A DNA stretch of 64,000 nucleotides. It comes from Candidatus Saccharimonadota bacterium. Lineage in GTDB: Bacteria > Patescibacteriota > Saccharimonadia > Saccharimonadales > Saccharimonadaceae. Shown piece after piece: positions 18,541 through 27,728 of the stretch (position 1 is the first letter of the stretch; every line of letters starts with the position of its first letter). The DNA is taken from assembly GCA_017510705.1 (NCBI GenBank), contig JAFWMO010000010.1:8678-72677 (forward strand). Reading direction: 5' to 3'. The notes beneath the pieces were generated by a model. It made no database searches. It had not been told where the DNA came from and saw only the letters and a program-made list of their open reading frames with translations. Both the position numbers and the translations under genes were made by a program.

Positions 18541-18616
18541 TGGAGCCGTTGGCAGGGATCGAACCTGTGACCTGCTCGTTACGAATGAGCTGCTCTACCG
18601 ACTGAGCTACAACGGC
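18541..18616 (-). tRNA. tRNA-Thr (anticodon CGT), CCA encoded
   Basis: GCCGTTG/CAACGGC acceptor, GCTCAGTCGGTAGAGC D arm, anticodon loop TTCGTAA, GGTTCGATCC T arm. Confidence 0.85.
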
Positions 18617-18636
18617 ATTTTATATATTATACCACA

Positions 18637-20070
18637 CTATTTCTTGTCTGCGTTCAAGCGATGCATGAGTTTTTGACGAGCATGGGCGGTAATGATTTTG
18701 CCAAGCCAGGAAGATTTTGGAGTCTGGTTTTTGGAGGTTAAAATCTCTACAATGTCACCTTGTTCTAATTTTTTATTCAGATTGCTCATCTTACCATTAA
18801 TTTTTACGCCAATAACGTGGTCGCCAATTTCGGAGTGAAGGCGGTAGGCAAAATCTAGCGGAAGCGAGCCTTTTGGCAAGTCTATGATATCGCCTTTTGG
18901 GGTGTAAACAAAAATTTTATCAGCAAAGAGGTTGAGTTTTAGCTTTTTGTAATCTACCTTTTTGCCTTCGCGGAGTTTGGCGGCAGTCATTTGAAGCTCA
19001 GTGATCCAGAGAAGATTGGTAGGAAGATGCTCAATCTTCCCTTTTTTGTAGTTTTCGGTAACTTTTTGTTCGTTGTAATAAAAGCTAGCAGCCAACCCAC
19101 GTTCAGCATACTCGTGCATTTCTTTGGTGCGAATCTGAAATTCTACTACACGTTTATCTTTGGTAATAACGGTGGTATGAAGTGACTGATAGCCATTTTG
19201 CTTTGGCATAGCGATATAATCCTTGATACGGCCGCCCATAGGGGTATAAAGCGAATGGATGATACCGAGAGCCAAATAACAGTCGGTGATGTCATCAACT
19301 ATGACGCGGAGAGCAATAAGATCGTAGATTTCATTAATATTTTGATTGTGTTTGGCAAGTTTTTTGTGAAGCGAATAAACTGACTTCACGCGGCCAGATA
19401 GTTCAAACTTAATCTTTTCTTTTTTGAAAGCAACAGAGATCTCTTCTTCAATTTTTTTGAGAGATTTTGCGGCGGATTTATTGTACTTTTCAATTAAATC
19501 TTTAAGATAATCGTAACGTTTTGGATCGACATACTTAAATGACAGGTCTGCCATCTCTACGCGAAGAAGGCCCATATTGAGTCGGTCTGCTAAAGGTGCA
19601 AAAACTTCCAGCGTTTCTTTGGCAATCTTTTTCTGTTTGTCTGGAGGCAGTGCGCTGAGCGTCCTAAGATTGTGCAGGCGGTCTGCGAGCTTGATAATAA
19701 GTACGCGAATATCATCACCAAGAGCAATCATTAGGCGAAGGAAGTTATCCTTGGTTTCCGGAAGGTATGTATCTATATCACGCATGCCAGTGCGGGCGGT
19801 GGAAAGTTTGGTGACGCCATCCACAAGAAATGCCACGGATTCGCCAAATTCGTTTTTGATGTCTGCCAGAGTAAGGTCGGTGTCTTCTACGGTGTCGTGG
19901 AGAATGCCAGCTATAATGGTATCTTCATCCATTCCCCATTCTTCAAGAATTTTCTTAACAGCCATTGGATGGATAATGTAAGGCTCGCCAGTTTTTCTAA
20001 ACTGACCTTCATGAGCCTGCTTGGCCATTTCGACGGCACGTTTAACTCTTTCTGAATCTTTGGTGTTCAT
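18637..20070 (-). CDS. rel: bifunctional (p)ppGpp synthetase/hydrolase, short form (HD, synthetase and TGS domains; no ACT)
   Basis: AHEGQFRKTGEPYIIHP, LHDTVEDT, the synthetase motif YQSLHTTV and the TGS segment IFVYTPKGDIIDLP. TGTTATAAT lies 6 nt upstream of the ATG. Confidence 0.9.
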   Translation of the reverse strand: MNTKDSERVKRAVEMAKQAHEGQFRKTGEPYIIHPMAVKKILEEWGMDEDTIIAGILHDTVEDTDLTLADIKNEFGESVAFLVDGVTKLSTARTGMRDIDTYLPETKDNFLRLMIALGDDIRVLIIKLADRLHNLRTLSALPPDKQKKIAKETLEVFAPLADRLNMGLLRVEMADLSFKYVDPKRYDYLKDLIEKYNKSAAKSLKKIEEEISVAFKKEKIKFELSGRVKSVYSLHKKLAKHNQNINEIYDLIALRVIVDDITDCYLALGIIHSLYTPMGGRIKDYIAMPKQNGYQSLHTTVITKDKRVVEFQIRTKEMHEYAERGLAASFYYNEQKVTENYKKGKIEHLPTNLLWITELQMTAAKLREGKKVDYKKLKLNLFADKIFVYTPKGDIIDLPKGSLPLDFAYRLHSEIGDHVIGVKINGKMSNLNKKLEQGDIVEILTSKNQTPKSSWLGKIITAHARQKLMHRLNADKK

Positions 20071-20095
20071 AAAACTATTATAACACCGCCTGATA

Positions 20096-20943
20096 TTAAC
20101 TTAATTTTTTGATGAGTTCTTTCAAAGCGGCATCGTTTTTACATTTAAAGGTAAGGCTGCGGCCACGGATACTGGTAACAACGTTATATTTAGCAGAGAG
20201 AGCATCTTCTTCCTTGCGATAGGCGTCACGTTTGATGGCAGTAACACTAGATTTCTTGGTAGTTTCAGCAAAGTAACGTTCAACTTTCCTAGCAGTCCAA
20301 CCTTCTTCTACGATTTTTGGCAAGACTTTGTGGATGGTTTCCTCATCACGAGAGACAAGCGGGCGCATTACGCCTTCTGTGAGTTTTTCTTTGACCATGG
20401 TTTTTTGACGTCGTCTGGGAGATTTAGGAGACGGAGGGTGTTTTGAATGGTCTGTTCGGACTTGCCAACTTTGGCAGCAATATCTTCAGTAGTGAGATTA
20501 AACTGGGTTTTTAGCTTGGCATAAGCCGTGGCAAGCTCGATAGCATTCAAATCTTCACGTTGAGCGTTTTCAATAATAGATAATTCGAGACGGTTTTGAG
20601 AATCTAGGGTGCGGATAATGGCCGGAATGGTCTTAAGACCAGCAACTTTGGATGCACGCCAACGTCGTTCGCCGGCAACGATTTTGTATTTCCCTTCTTC
20701 CTTTGTTACAACGATTGGCTGGAGCACACCATGCTCTTTGATGGATGCGGCGAGGGCGTTCAAAGCTTCTTCGTTAAATTCACGGCGAGGTTGTTCTTCG
20801 TCGCGGACAATATCTTCAATCTTTAACTCTTTTAATTTGGAGTCTCTTTTATCTTCTACGGCAGTGAGGTCGAACTCTTCGTCTACTAAATCTGTAGGGA
20901 TGAGAGCCTCAAATCCTCTGCCTAAACCTTTTCCTATGCTCAT
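20096..20943 (-). pseudogene. parB: ParB/Spo0J split into two ORFs (20368..20943 and 20096..20398) by a 1-nt frameshift in an A6 run
   Basis: The upstream ORF ends ..LRLLNLPDDVKK. The -1 frame continues TMVKEKLTEGVMRPLVS.., the canonical ParB HTH continuation. The T6 run lies at 20401..20406. Confidence 0.8.
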
Positions 20944-21710
20944 TTTGTTCTTGCCTCCACTTCTTTTGTAAAATCTTTGTATGCTTTTGCGCCTTTAGAG
21001 AACTTATCGTATGCACCTACCGGCACGCCGTGGCTTGGAGCCTCGGCCAGGCGGACGTTACGCGGAATAGTAGTCTTGAAAGTGAGACTTTTGAAGTACT
21101 TCTTGATTTCAGCAAAAACTTGAGAAGAAAGGCTGGTGCGCTTGTCGTACATAGTGGCGACAACGCCAAGAAGCCTAAGGTTTGGGTTGGCCTGTTTCAT
21201 GACAAGCTTCATGGACTCTAGAAGTTGGGCTACGCCCTCCAAAGCGTAAAATTCAGTCTGAACTGGGAGCAAAAGATAATTTGATGCGATCATACCATTT
21301 ACGGTGAGAAGTGATAATGATGGTGGAAGATCTATGATGACATAATCGTAGTTTGCTTCTACGGAGCGGATAGCATCACGAAGACGAACAAATTTTTTTT
21401 GCATACTTGTAATTTCTACTTCGGCGTTGGCGAGCTCTGGGGTAGCAGGAGCGAGGTCAAAATTCTTATATTTGGTGGCTCGGACGCAGTCGCTCATGGG
21501 ATTTTTACCAAGAATGACGTCTGTCATAGTAACACCGAGTGACGGATCATTCTTATCAATGCCGAGACCAGAAGTAGCATTACCTTGAGGATCAAAATCC
21601 ACAAGTAAAGTTCTAAACTTATCTTTAGCTAAATAATAGCAAAGATTGACGGCAGTAGTAGTTTTGCCGACACCTCCCTTTTGATTTGTAATACAAATCA
21701 CTTTTGCCAT
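20940..21710 (-). CDS. parA: ParA/Soj chromosome partitioning ATPase
   Basis: ITNQKGGVGKTTTAVNL deviant Walker A; 4-nt overlap with parB. Confidence 0.9.
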   Translation of the reverse strand: MAKVICITNQKGGVGKTTTAVNLCYYLAKDKFRTLLVDFDPQGNATSGLGIDKNDPSLGVTMTDVILGKNPMSDCVRATKYKNFDLAPATPELANAEVEITSMQKKFVRLRDAIRSVEANYDYVIIDLPPSLSLLTVNGMIASNYLLLPVQTEFYALEGVAQLLESMKLVMKQANPNLRLLGVVATMYDKRTSLSSQVFAEIKKYFKSLTFKTTIPRNVRLAEAPSHGVPVGAYDKFSKGAKAYKDFTKEVEARTK

Positions 21711-21766
21711 AAGTATATAATAACATAAAAAATAAGCTCTTTAAAGAGCTTATTTTTTATTCTTTA

Positions 21767-22075
21767 TTATCCGATTTTTGTAATCTCAATTTCGGAATAT
21801 TTTTGGCGGTGACCAGTTTCGGTATGAACACGCTTCTTGCTGTGGTAGCGAATGACACGAACTTTGTCACCCTTAACCTCTGCGGTTTTGACTTTGGCTG
21901 AAACTTTTACGCCTTTTACCGTAGGGGTACCGACAGTAGTCTTGTCGCCGTCGATTACGAGTAAAGCATCAGTTTCGAGCTCTTTGGTTCCTTCCGGGAG
22001 GAGGTCCACCCGTAGGGTCTCTTTTTCCTCAACGAGATATTGTTTCCCGCCAACGAGGATAACTGCTTTCTTCAT
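21767..22075 (-). CDS. rplU: ribosomal protein L21
   Basis: VGGKQYLV...GHRQKYSEIEITKI is the L21 signature. Confidence 0.9.
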   Translation of the reverse strand: MKKAVILVGGKQYLVEEKETLRVDLLPEGTKELETDALLVIDGDKTTVGTPTVKGVKVSAKVKTAEVKGDKVRVIRYHSKKRVHTETGHRQKYSEIEITKIG

Positions 22076-22106
22076 ATTGATCCTTTAATTAACTTGTACT
22101 ATTTTA

Positions 22107-23366
22107 TCATACTTTGCTATTTTTGCCAAGTATATAGAGATACATAGCCGACAAAATTGCGCCTTCTTCTAGAGTGCCAACTTCTGGGCCAATATAATTC
22201 CCAGCCCAAGAAAGTGGCATTGACTCAATTTCGGCAATGGTGTTACTCGCATTAGAAGGATCTTGGTAGGCGGACATTAGTTTCTTGAAGATTGCACCTG
22301 TATTATATGTATATTTATCTTCTTTGCCGGCGAATTTCTTTTCGGCTTCTTTCAAGGCTTCTGTTTTGCCAGCCAGAATGTCTTCGTATAGTTTCTGGTC
22401 TGTCTTAGAAAGATATTTCTTGCGTTTATCAATATATTTTTTAACGGACTTTTCAATTGGCTCTTCTCTGGCGTCGGCGCGATCTTCTATCCAATCTAAG
22501 ACTAAATCCGGAATGTTAATCTTGGTGACTGGAGTGAAGTTCATCCAGCCGGCAGCATAATTAGTCTCTAGAATGTATAATTTTTTGGTTTTGGCGTCAC
22601 GGATAATATCTACGCCGGTATATTCTAGACGGGAGACATCAGCGGCGCGACAAGCAATTTTACTCAAAATTTCAATTGTATCTGGATCGTCTTCGATAAA
22701 TTTAGAACGCCCAGCGCTCCAAGCCACAAAATCTTCTGGATGATCGGGATCGCCATTTTTACGCATAATACCGATAGCGGCGCCGCCCATAACAAAAACG
22801 CGGTAGTCACACTCTGGTTCTATGTATTGCTCAATCAATAAATCATTAAAATCTTTTACCTTTTCAAGATCGGATTCGTCTTTGATAAGTGTAATATCCT
22901 TACCGGTGGTACCATAACGATACTTAAGGACAATTGGGAAATGCACACGTCTGCCCTTGATATATGACATAACATTTAGTTTGTTTTTGGCTTCGTAAGT
23001 TGGCAAAGCATAATCTTTTAAAAATGGATCCAGAAGAAATAAGCCTTGCTGAAAATGTTTATCAGACGTACTGGCGCGAGCGCCAGTAACATCTGCATTG
23101 ATGATGATTTTATGATTTTGTTTCAGGAATGTGAGTAAGCGTTCTGATTCGGTATAATTATTTTTGGTGAGATTACGATAGACAACATAATCGAGGGGAA
23201 TATCGGAAAGATCAAAACGCGCAAGACGATCCGAGTTAAGACCATCGAGCTGCGAAAACCCCCACCCGCGGTCTTCAGCAGCTTTTTTAAAATCGTCAAT
23301 AACTTTTTTGTTCTCTTGGCGCCCCTCAACTACCGTTAAAGTTCGGTGAGCTTTGGCGGGTTCCAT
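22107..23366 (-). CDS. ATP-grasp (RimK-like) ligase with about 110-aa C-terminal extension
   Basis: PIVLKYRYGTTGKDITLI, EQYIEPECDYRVFVMGG and ILETNYAAG are ATP-grasp motifs. Confidence 0.6.
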   Translation of the reverse strand: MEPAKAHRTLTVVEGRQENKKVIDDFKKAAEDRGWGFSQLDGLNSDRLARFDLSDIPLDYVVYRNLTKNNYTESERLLTFLKQNHKIIINADVTGARASTSDKHFQQGLFLLDPFLKDYALPTYEAKNKLNVMSYIKGRRVHFPIVLKYRYGTTGKDITLIKDESDLEKVKDFNDLLIEQYIEPECDYRVFVMGGAAIGIMRKNGDPDHPEDFVAWSAGRSKFIEDDPDTIEILSKIACRAADVSRLEYTGVDIIRDAKTKKLYILETNYAAGWMNFTPVTKINIPDLVLDWIEDRADAREEPIEKSVKKYIDKRKKYLSKTDQKLYEDILAGKTEALKEAEKKFAGKEDKYTYNTGAIFKKLMSAYQDPSNASNTIAEIESMPLSWAGNYIGPEVGTLEEGAILSAMYLYILGKNSKV

Positions 23367-24676
23367 TATTTCTCCGATGGGGTTTCTGGTTTGTCTTCTT
23401 TAGCTTTGACTTCTTCGGCAGCATCTTGGCCTTTTGCAACGGCTTCGGTAGTTTTGAGAGTTTTGCGTGTACGATAGAGGTAGTAACCGCCGCCGCCAAT
23501 ACCGAGGACGATGGCAATTGCCATAGCAATTTCTACTGGACCGGTGTTTGGAATTTCCTGACACTCCGGGCGCTCTGGATGGGTTGTACAATCATCTGGT
23601 GGAGGTGTACAACCATCTTTTGTGGCCGTAACTTTTGCGGAAGCAGTCTTGTTACCATCATTCGTACTAACCGTTACGGTGTTGACTAGCTCTTCTTTAC
23701 AATTAGTAGCATCTTTGGCTTTGGCTTGATAAGTAACTTCTGCCCAACCAGTACCGCCAGCGTAGTTGCCGATATTCATACCGTTTTCGGAGATGATGTC
23801 GTCGTTTACGGCTACGCCATCAGGGTTATTGTTGTTGTAGAGTTTAGCACTGCCAGCAATGTATTCTAAGTTGGCTGGCAAAGTGTCTTTGATTACAACG
23901 TTGTTTTGGTCCATAGTACCGGTATTGGTGTAGCGAACTTTAAAAGTAATGGTATCGCCAACTTTAATATCGCTTACACCTTCTACAATAGTCTTGGAAA
24001 CATCAAAATCCGGCGCATCAGCGAAAATCTGATAAGTAATGAACCCAGCGTATTCGTTACAGCCTGGCAAAATGCCAGAGAATTTGTTGTAGCCTAGAAG
24101 GGCGCCATCACCAAAGAGATAATCTGGGCCAATTGATTGGCCATTTATGGCACCACCGTTATGGATGATGGCAGTACCTGGCACGTAACGAAGATATAAA
24201 TCTTGAGATGGATTCATATAAGCTTCGTCCCATACTTCTAGTGGGTCGGTATCGGATGCAAAAATGGTGCCAGTGACAACAGCCTCTTCGCCGGCTTTGA
24301 CCGTGGCTGGGAAGCTAGATTTTACCGCGGCGCCATCGGCAATACCGATAGCGGTTTTGCCTACATCATGCGCGTCTGCATTGTTGTGATAGTAAATGTA
24401 GACTTCGTAAGTTTTGCCTCTTTCGAGCGTAACGGAGTCGCTAAAATGCTCGCCATCTTTAACTTCGCGGATGCGAACGAAGTTACGTTCATCACCAAGG
24501 TCTGGGTTGTCCGTGATAGAGTTGAATGTAGCATACGGTGCTGGGTCGTTCCAGGTGAAAGTGGTACGTTCTGGGCCCCAAGCACTAGCATTATTTGCTG
24601 CCAGTACGCCGCCGGCTAGGCTAGCGATACCAAGAGCTAAAGTTGATAGGTTGATTTTTTTGACGGTGTTTTTCAT
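23366..24676 (-). CDS. secreted surface protein with DUF11-like repeat and sortase-type IPNTG sorting signal
   Basis: Signal peptide, a TFKVRYTNTGTMDQNNVVIKDTLPANLEY DUF11-like segment, and IPNTGP followed by a hydrophobic helix and RTRK. Confidence 0.65.
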   Translation of the reverse strand: MKNTVKKINLSTLALGIASLAGGVLAANNASAWGPERTTFTWNDPAPYATFNSITDNPDLGDERNFVRIREVKDGEHFSDSVTLERGKTYEVYIYYHNNADAHDVGKTAIGIADGAAVKSSFPATVKAGEEAVVTGTIFASDTDPLEVWDEAYMNPSQDLYLRYVPGTAIIHNGGAINGQSIGPDYLFGDGALLGYNKFSGILPGCNEYAGFITYQIFADAPDFDVSKTIVEGVSDIKVGDTITFKVRYTNTGTMDQNNVVIKDTLPANLEYIAGSAKLYNNNNPDGVAVNDDIISENGMNIGNYAGGTGWAEVTYQAKAKDATNCKEELVNTVTVSTNDGNKTASAKVTATKDGCTPPPDDCTTHPERPECQEIPNTGPVEIAMAIAIVLGIGGGGYYLYRTRKTLKTTEAVAKGQDAAEEVKAKEDKPETPSEK

Positions 24677-26560
24677 TTAAAAATCTCCATCTGCGACTCT
24701 TTGTTCTTCGGCTTTGTCGCTGTTATTATCGCCGCCCACATCATTATTTACTTGAGCTTCTGCTTGCTTTTCGTTGCCGCCTTTGTCTACTTCTTGGCCT
24801 TTGGCAATATCTTCAGCAGGATGATAGGCGTTATCGCCATTCGTTTGTTCACCACCCTGGACTTTACCACCAGGTAATTTTTCTGGGTTAACGGTGCCGC
24901 TTTGTTCGCTGCCAGCACCTGGCTTGGCGCCACCATCATCAATGTAGCCTTTGTTGCCGTCGTTGGCATTGTCATCTTCGGTCTGTGGACCAGCTTCTTC
25001 TACGTCGACTTGCCACTGACCTTGTTCGGCGTGCGTGTCACCTTCTTTGCCCCATCTAGAACCTTCAATGCCGGTGCCTTCTCCTTCTGAGCCGGTGCCG
25101 TCTTCTGAGCCTGTCCCTCCTCCACCTTCGTCTTCTGAGCCAGTGCCGTCTTCCGAACCTGTGCCATCGCCGCCTTCATAACCAGAACCTTCGGCGCCGG
25201 CAGAACCAGGGTCGGTCGGGTTGCCTGGGATCTTTGGCACACCTGGTGGGGTTTGATCATCATTTGGTTGATAACCACATTCCATGTTCAAATCGATCAT
25301 CTTTTTCTTCTTGTAGTAGTCGCCGTTTTTATCGCTATGGTCATAGAATGAACGATAGATGTCTACTTGAGGTGCCTCATTGCGCTCACGAGTGTCATAA
25401 CCAAGATGAACTTCCGTTGGATCCATCTTGCCATTTTCGTCTTCGTCTACGAAATAGAGGTAGTTGGTTTCTTCTGTATCATTTTCGTTATAAAAGACAA
25501 AGGATGTTTTATCGCTGTTCAAAATCTGTTCTAGTTTCTCAAGAAGTTTTTCGCGAAGTCCATTACCGTCTTCGTGGCTACCGATATAATCATCAATGTC
25601 CGTCATAGTAACGCCGAGCTTTGCGTCTTTTGGCGTAATATCCTTGATGCCAAATTCTTCTTTTTCTGCATCGGTAAAGAGGTAATATACATAAGAAGCA
25701 AGTATCTCTGGAGACTTTGTGGCTTGGGCCATTATATGTTCTGTGGCAGCCTCACGATCTTCAAAATCTTCTGAATAGTCATGGCCGTAGGCATTCCAAG
25801 CCTCTTTGCCTGTAACGCCCCAAGGATTACCGTCCTTATCGCGAACAACAATGTAGTCATCGCCCCAACGGCTTTTGGCTTCTTCTTCCCAATCGTCACC
25901 GTAATCTGCAATTTCAAAACGGTCAGCATATTCCTCGTAATCGTAGGTCACACCATTTGCTAGTTCGCCGGCATATGGGTTGATTTCCTCTTCTTCGACT
26001 TCCCCACCAGCTCCTCCAACAGTAGTGCCAACTGCATATGGATAGTTACTCGGATACCCAGCTCTAGAGCCTTTACTGGTGTTGCTGCCACCTAAGGTCA
26101 AGGCGAGTACTGCGGCAAGCGTGATCGCTACGCCAGCGATAATAACTGGCACCAACCATTTGCTTTTCCCTTTGTTATTATTCCATTTATTGATAGTGCT
26201 TTCAACTTCTTCCGCGGAAGGCTTATCGGCCTCCTCGGCTTCTTTGATATCGCCTTTAACAACAGCAATTTCCTGATAAAGCTTTTGCATTGCTTCGCGG
26301 ACGGCTTTGGCTTCTTCAGGATTTTGGTCCTTCATTTCTATATAGGCTTTTTCTAGTTCTGCAAATTTGGATTCCATATCCTCAATGGCTTTTTTGGCTT
26401 CCAAAGTTTCTTTACCACGCTCGCCATATTCTTCGTCTATAATTTCTTTGTTTTCAGCTGAGCTATTAGAAAGGTCTTCTGGTTGATCTTGTGGCTGTTG
26501 ATTTAGGCCAAGATCGTTAAATTCAGTGGAGCCAGTGGAACGAAAATTTTCACTATTCAT
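24677..26560 (-). CDS. very acidic single-pass membrane protein with GTGSED-type low-complexity repeats
   Basis: 627 aa with a TM helix WLVPVIIAGVAITLAAVLALTL and a D/E/G-rich C-terminal region (GTGSEDGTGSEDEGGGGTGSEDGTGSEGEGTG). Confidence 0.6.
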   Translation of the reverse strand: MNSENFRSTGSTEFNDLGLNQQPQDQPEDLSNSSAENKEIIDEEYGERGKETLEAKKAIEDMESKFAELEKAYIEMKDQNPEEAKAVREAMQKLYQEIAVVKGDIKEAEEADKPSAEEVESTINKWNNNKGKSKWLVPVIIAGVAITLAAVLALTLGGSNTSKGSRAGYPSNYPYAVGTTVGGAGGEVEEEEINPYAGELANGVTYDYEEYADRFEIADYGDDWEEEAKSRWGDDYIVVRDKDGNPWGVTGKEAWNAYGHDYSEDFEDREAATEHIMAQATKSPEILASYVYYLFTDAEKEEFGIKDITPKDAKLGVTMTDIDDYIGSHEDGNGLREKLLEKLEQILNSDKTSFVFYNENDTEETNYLYFVDEDENGKMDPTEVHLGYDTRERNEAPQVDIYRSFYDHSDKNGDYYKKKKMIDLNMECGYQPNDDQTPPGVPKIPGNPTDPGSAGAEGSGYEGGDGTGSEDGTGSEDEGGGGTGSEDGTGSEGEGTGIEGSRWGKEGDTHAEQGQWQVDVEEAGPQTEDDNANDGNKGYIDDGGAKPGAGSEQSGTVNPEKLPGGKVQGGEQTNGDNAYHPAEDIAKGQEVDKGGNEKQAEAQVNNDVGGDNNSDKAEEQRVADGDF

Positions 26561-26879
26561 TGCTGCCTCCTAGAAATTGAGTTTTGAAATTTTCCAAAAC
26601 TTCGGTAGTTTTTTGCTCTGCGTCTACGCCACATTTTTTGAAAAAATCACCGAACACTTGCGGATCTTCTTCTCCGCGATCAAGAATTTCGTTGATTTCT
26701 GCAAGTTGCTCTCTGTTTAGACTGCCAAAGATTGCTCTGTCGATAGCCTTGTCGATAGATGCTATGCTTTTTTCGCGAAAGTCTGCGAAGTTTTCTAGAG
26801 GTTGGTCTGGATATTTTTGGGCGATAAGCTTGTCCACAAAATTACCCAAGACTTCGTGCTCGATGTAATTGTTTTCCAT
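26553..26879 (-). CDS. hypothetical small acidic protein
   Basis: 108-aa ORF that overlaps the next gene by 8 nt (translational coupling). Confidence 0.55.
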   Translation of the reverse strand: MENNYIEHEVLGNFVDKLIAQKYPDQPLENFADFREKSIASIDKAIDRAIFGSLNREQLAEINEILDRGEEDPQVFGDFFKKCGVDAEQKTTEVLENFKTQFLGGSNE

Positions 26880-26950
26880 AAAAATTATTTTTTAGTGTTG
26901 ACCTTTCTGGCTCCAGTTTAGCATGACCATTATCTTTTGGCAACAACTTT

Positions 26951-26984
26951 TTTCACGAAAAAACCGAACATGCTGTTCGGTTTT
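26951..26984 (-). terminator. intrinsic terminator after the 82-aa gene
   Basis: Perfect 11-bp stem AAAACCGAACA/TGTTCGGTTTT followed (on the minus strand) by TTTTTTCG. Confidence 0.75.
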
Positions 26985-27171
26985 GTCGGTAATTTATAGC
27001 TCGTCTACGGACTTATATCATGGCCATAAGCATAATAGCAAGTTCGTAAAACATATGCATAGTTTGGATATGTTTAGGATTATAGCTTACATTGGCAATC
27101 CTTTCCATTATGGTTGATATTTTTTCACTCATCTTATGTTAAGGTTCCTTTCTTTGTGTTTGTTTTATGGA

Positions 27172-27420
27172 TTACGCTACTTTGGCGTCTGGTAGATTTG
27201 TGATATTGAAGGCCTTGAACACATTTTTACCGCGGCTTTTAAACCTTTGTTTTAGATCAATAGATTTAATCTTTTCGATACTCTCTTTGCTAACTGCTTC
27301 CGGTGGTATGTATTCCGCTTCTTCCTTTTCGTCGTTGCCATAGATGGCGTAGTCTACGTCAACGTCATCTTTCCAGTTTGCTTCCCAAACTTTGTTTGGT
27401 AATTTAATTATTTCCGCCAT
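27172..27420 (-). CDS. hypothetical small acidic protein, monocistronic
   Basis: 82-aa ORF with its own promoter (27491..27519), an AAAGGAAAA SD and a terminator. Confidence 0.55.
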   Translation of the reverse strand: MAEIIKLPNKVWEANWKDDVDVDYAIYGNDEKEEAEYIPPEAVSKESIEKIKSIDLKQRFKSRGKNVFKAFNITNLPDAKVA

Positions 27421-27490
27421 TTTTTGTTTTCCTTTTTTTGTTTTTATTTTTATTTGTTAGAATTTTTATTTTATTTTCTAACTTGATTTT

Positions 27491-27519
27491 AGTGTAGCAC
27501 ACTTTCGCGATTTTGTCAA
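27491..27519 (-). promoter_or_regulatory. sigma-70 type promoter (TTGACA-17-TGCTACACT)
   Basis: The reverse complement reads TTGACA, then a 17-nt spacer, then TACACT with a TG extension. Confidence 0.6.
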
Positions 27520-27560
27520 TAATGTTTATGCTAAAATATTATAGTTTTGTCAAATTAACA

Positions 27561-27728
27561 GGGGTAGAATACAGTAAAATTTGTTTGCGGTTCGCTGCAC
27601 GCCACGAACAAAAAAAATAATTTCAGTCAGGTTCTCACCTATATTTCAGTATAGGATTCGAACCTGTGAAATTATTTTCTTGTTCTTGGGCTTGCTCAAT
27701 GCAAACAAATTTTGCTGTGTTCTACACC
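27561..27728. repeat. 168-nt palindromic (MITE-like) element with 28-bp terminal inverted repeats that overlaps the ileS stop codon
   Basis: The TIR GGGGTAGAATACAGTAAAATTTGTTTGC (27561..27588) matches the reverse complement of 27701..27728 at 25 of 28 positions. An internal 81-nt hairpin spans 27606..27686. Confidence 0.7.

Noticed and set aside
20000-22100. Replication origin or parS near parAB
   Set aside because: I found no cluster of TTATCCACA-like DnaA boxes and no TGTTTCACGTGAAACA-like parS site in or around the parAB region. dnaA and dnaN are not in the window.
26941-26960. TTTTTTCACGAAAAAA, considered as a parS-like palindrome
   Set aside because: It is not a true palindrome (the centre is CACG versus CGTG). 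It is better explained as the U-tract flank of the adjacent terminator hairpin.
27640-27670. GGTTCGAATCC T-arm-like sequence, considered as a tRNA pseudogene
   Set aside because: No acceptor, D or anticodon arms can be drawn. The motif sits at the apex of a long hairpin within the palindromic element.
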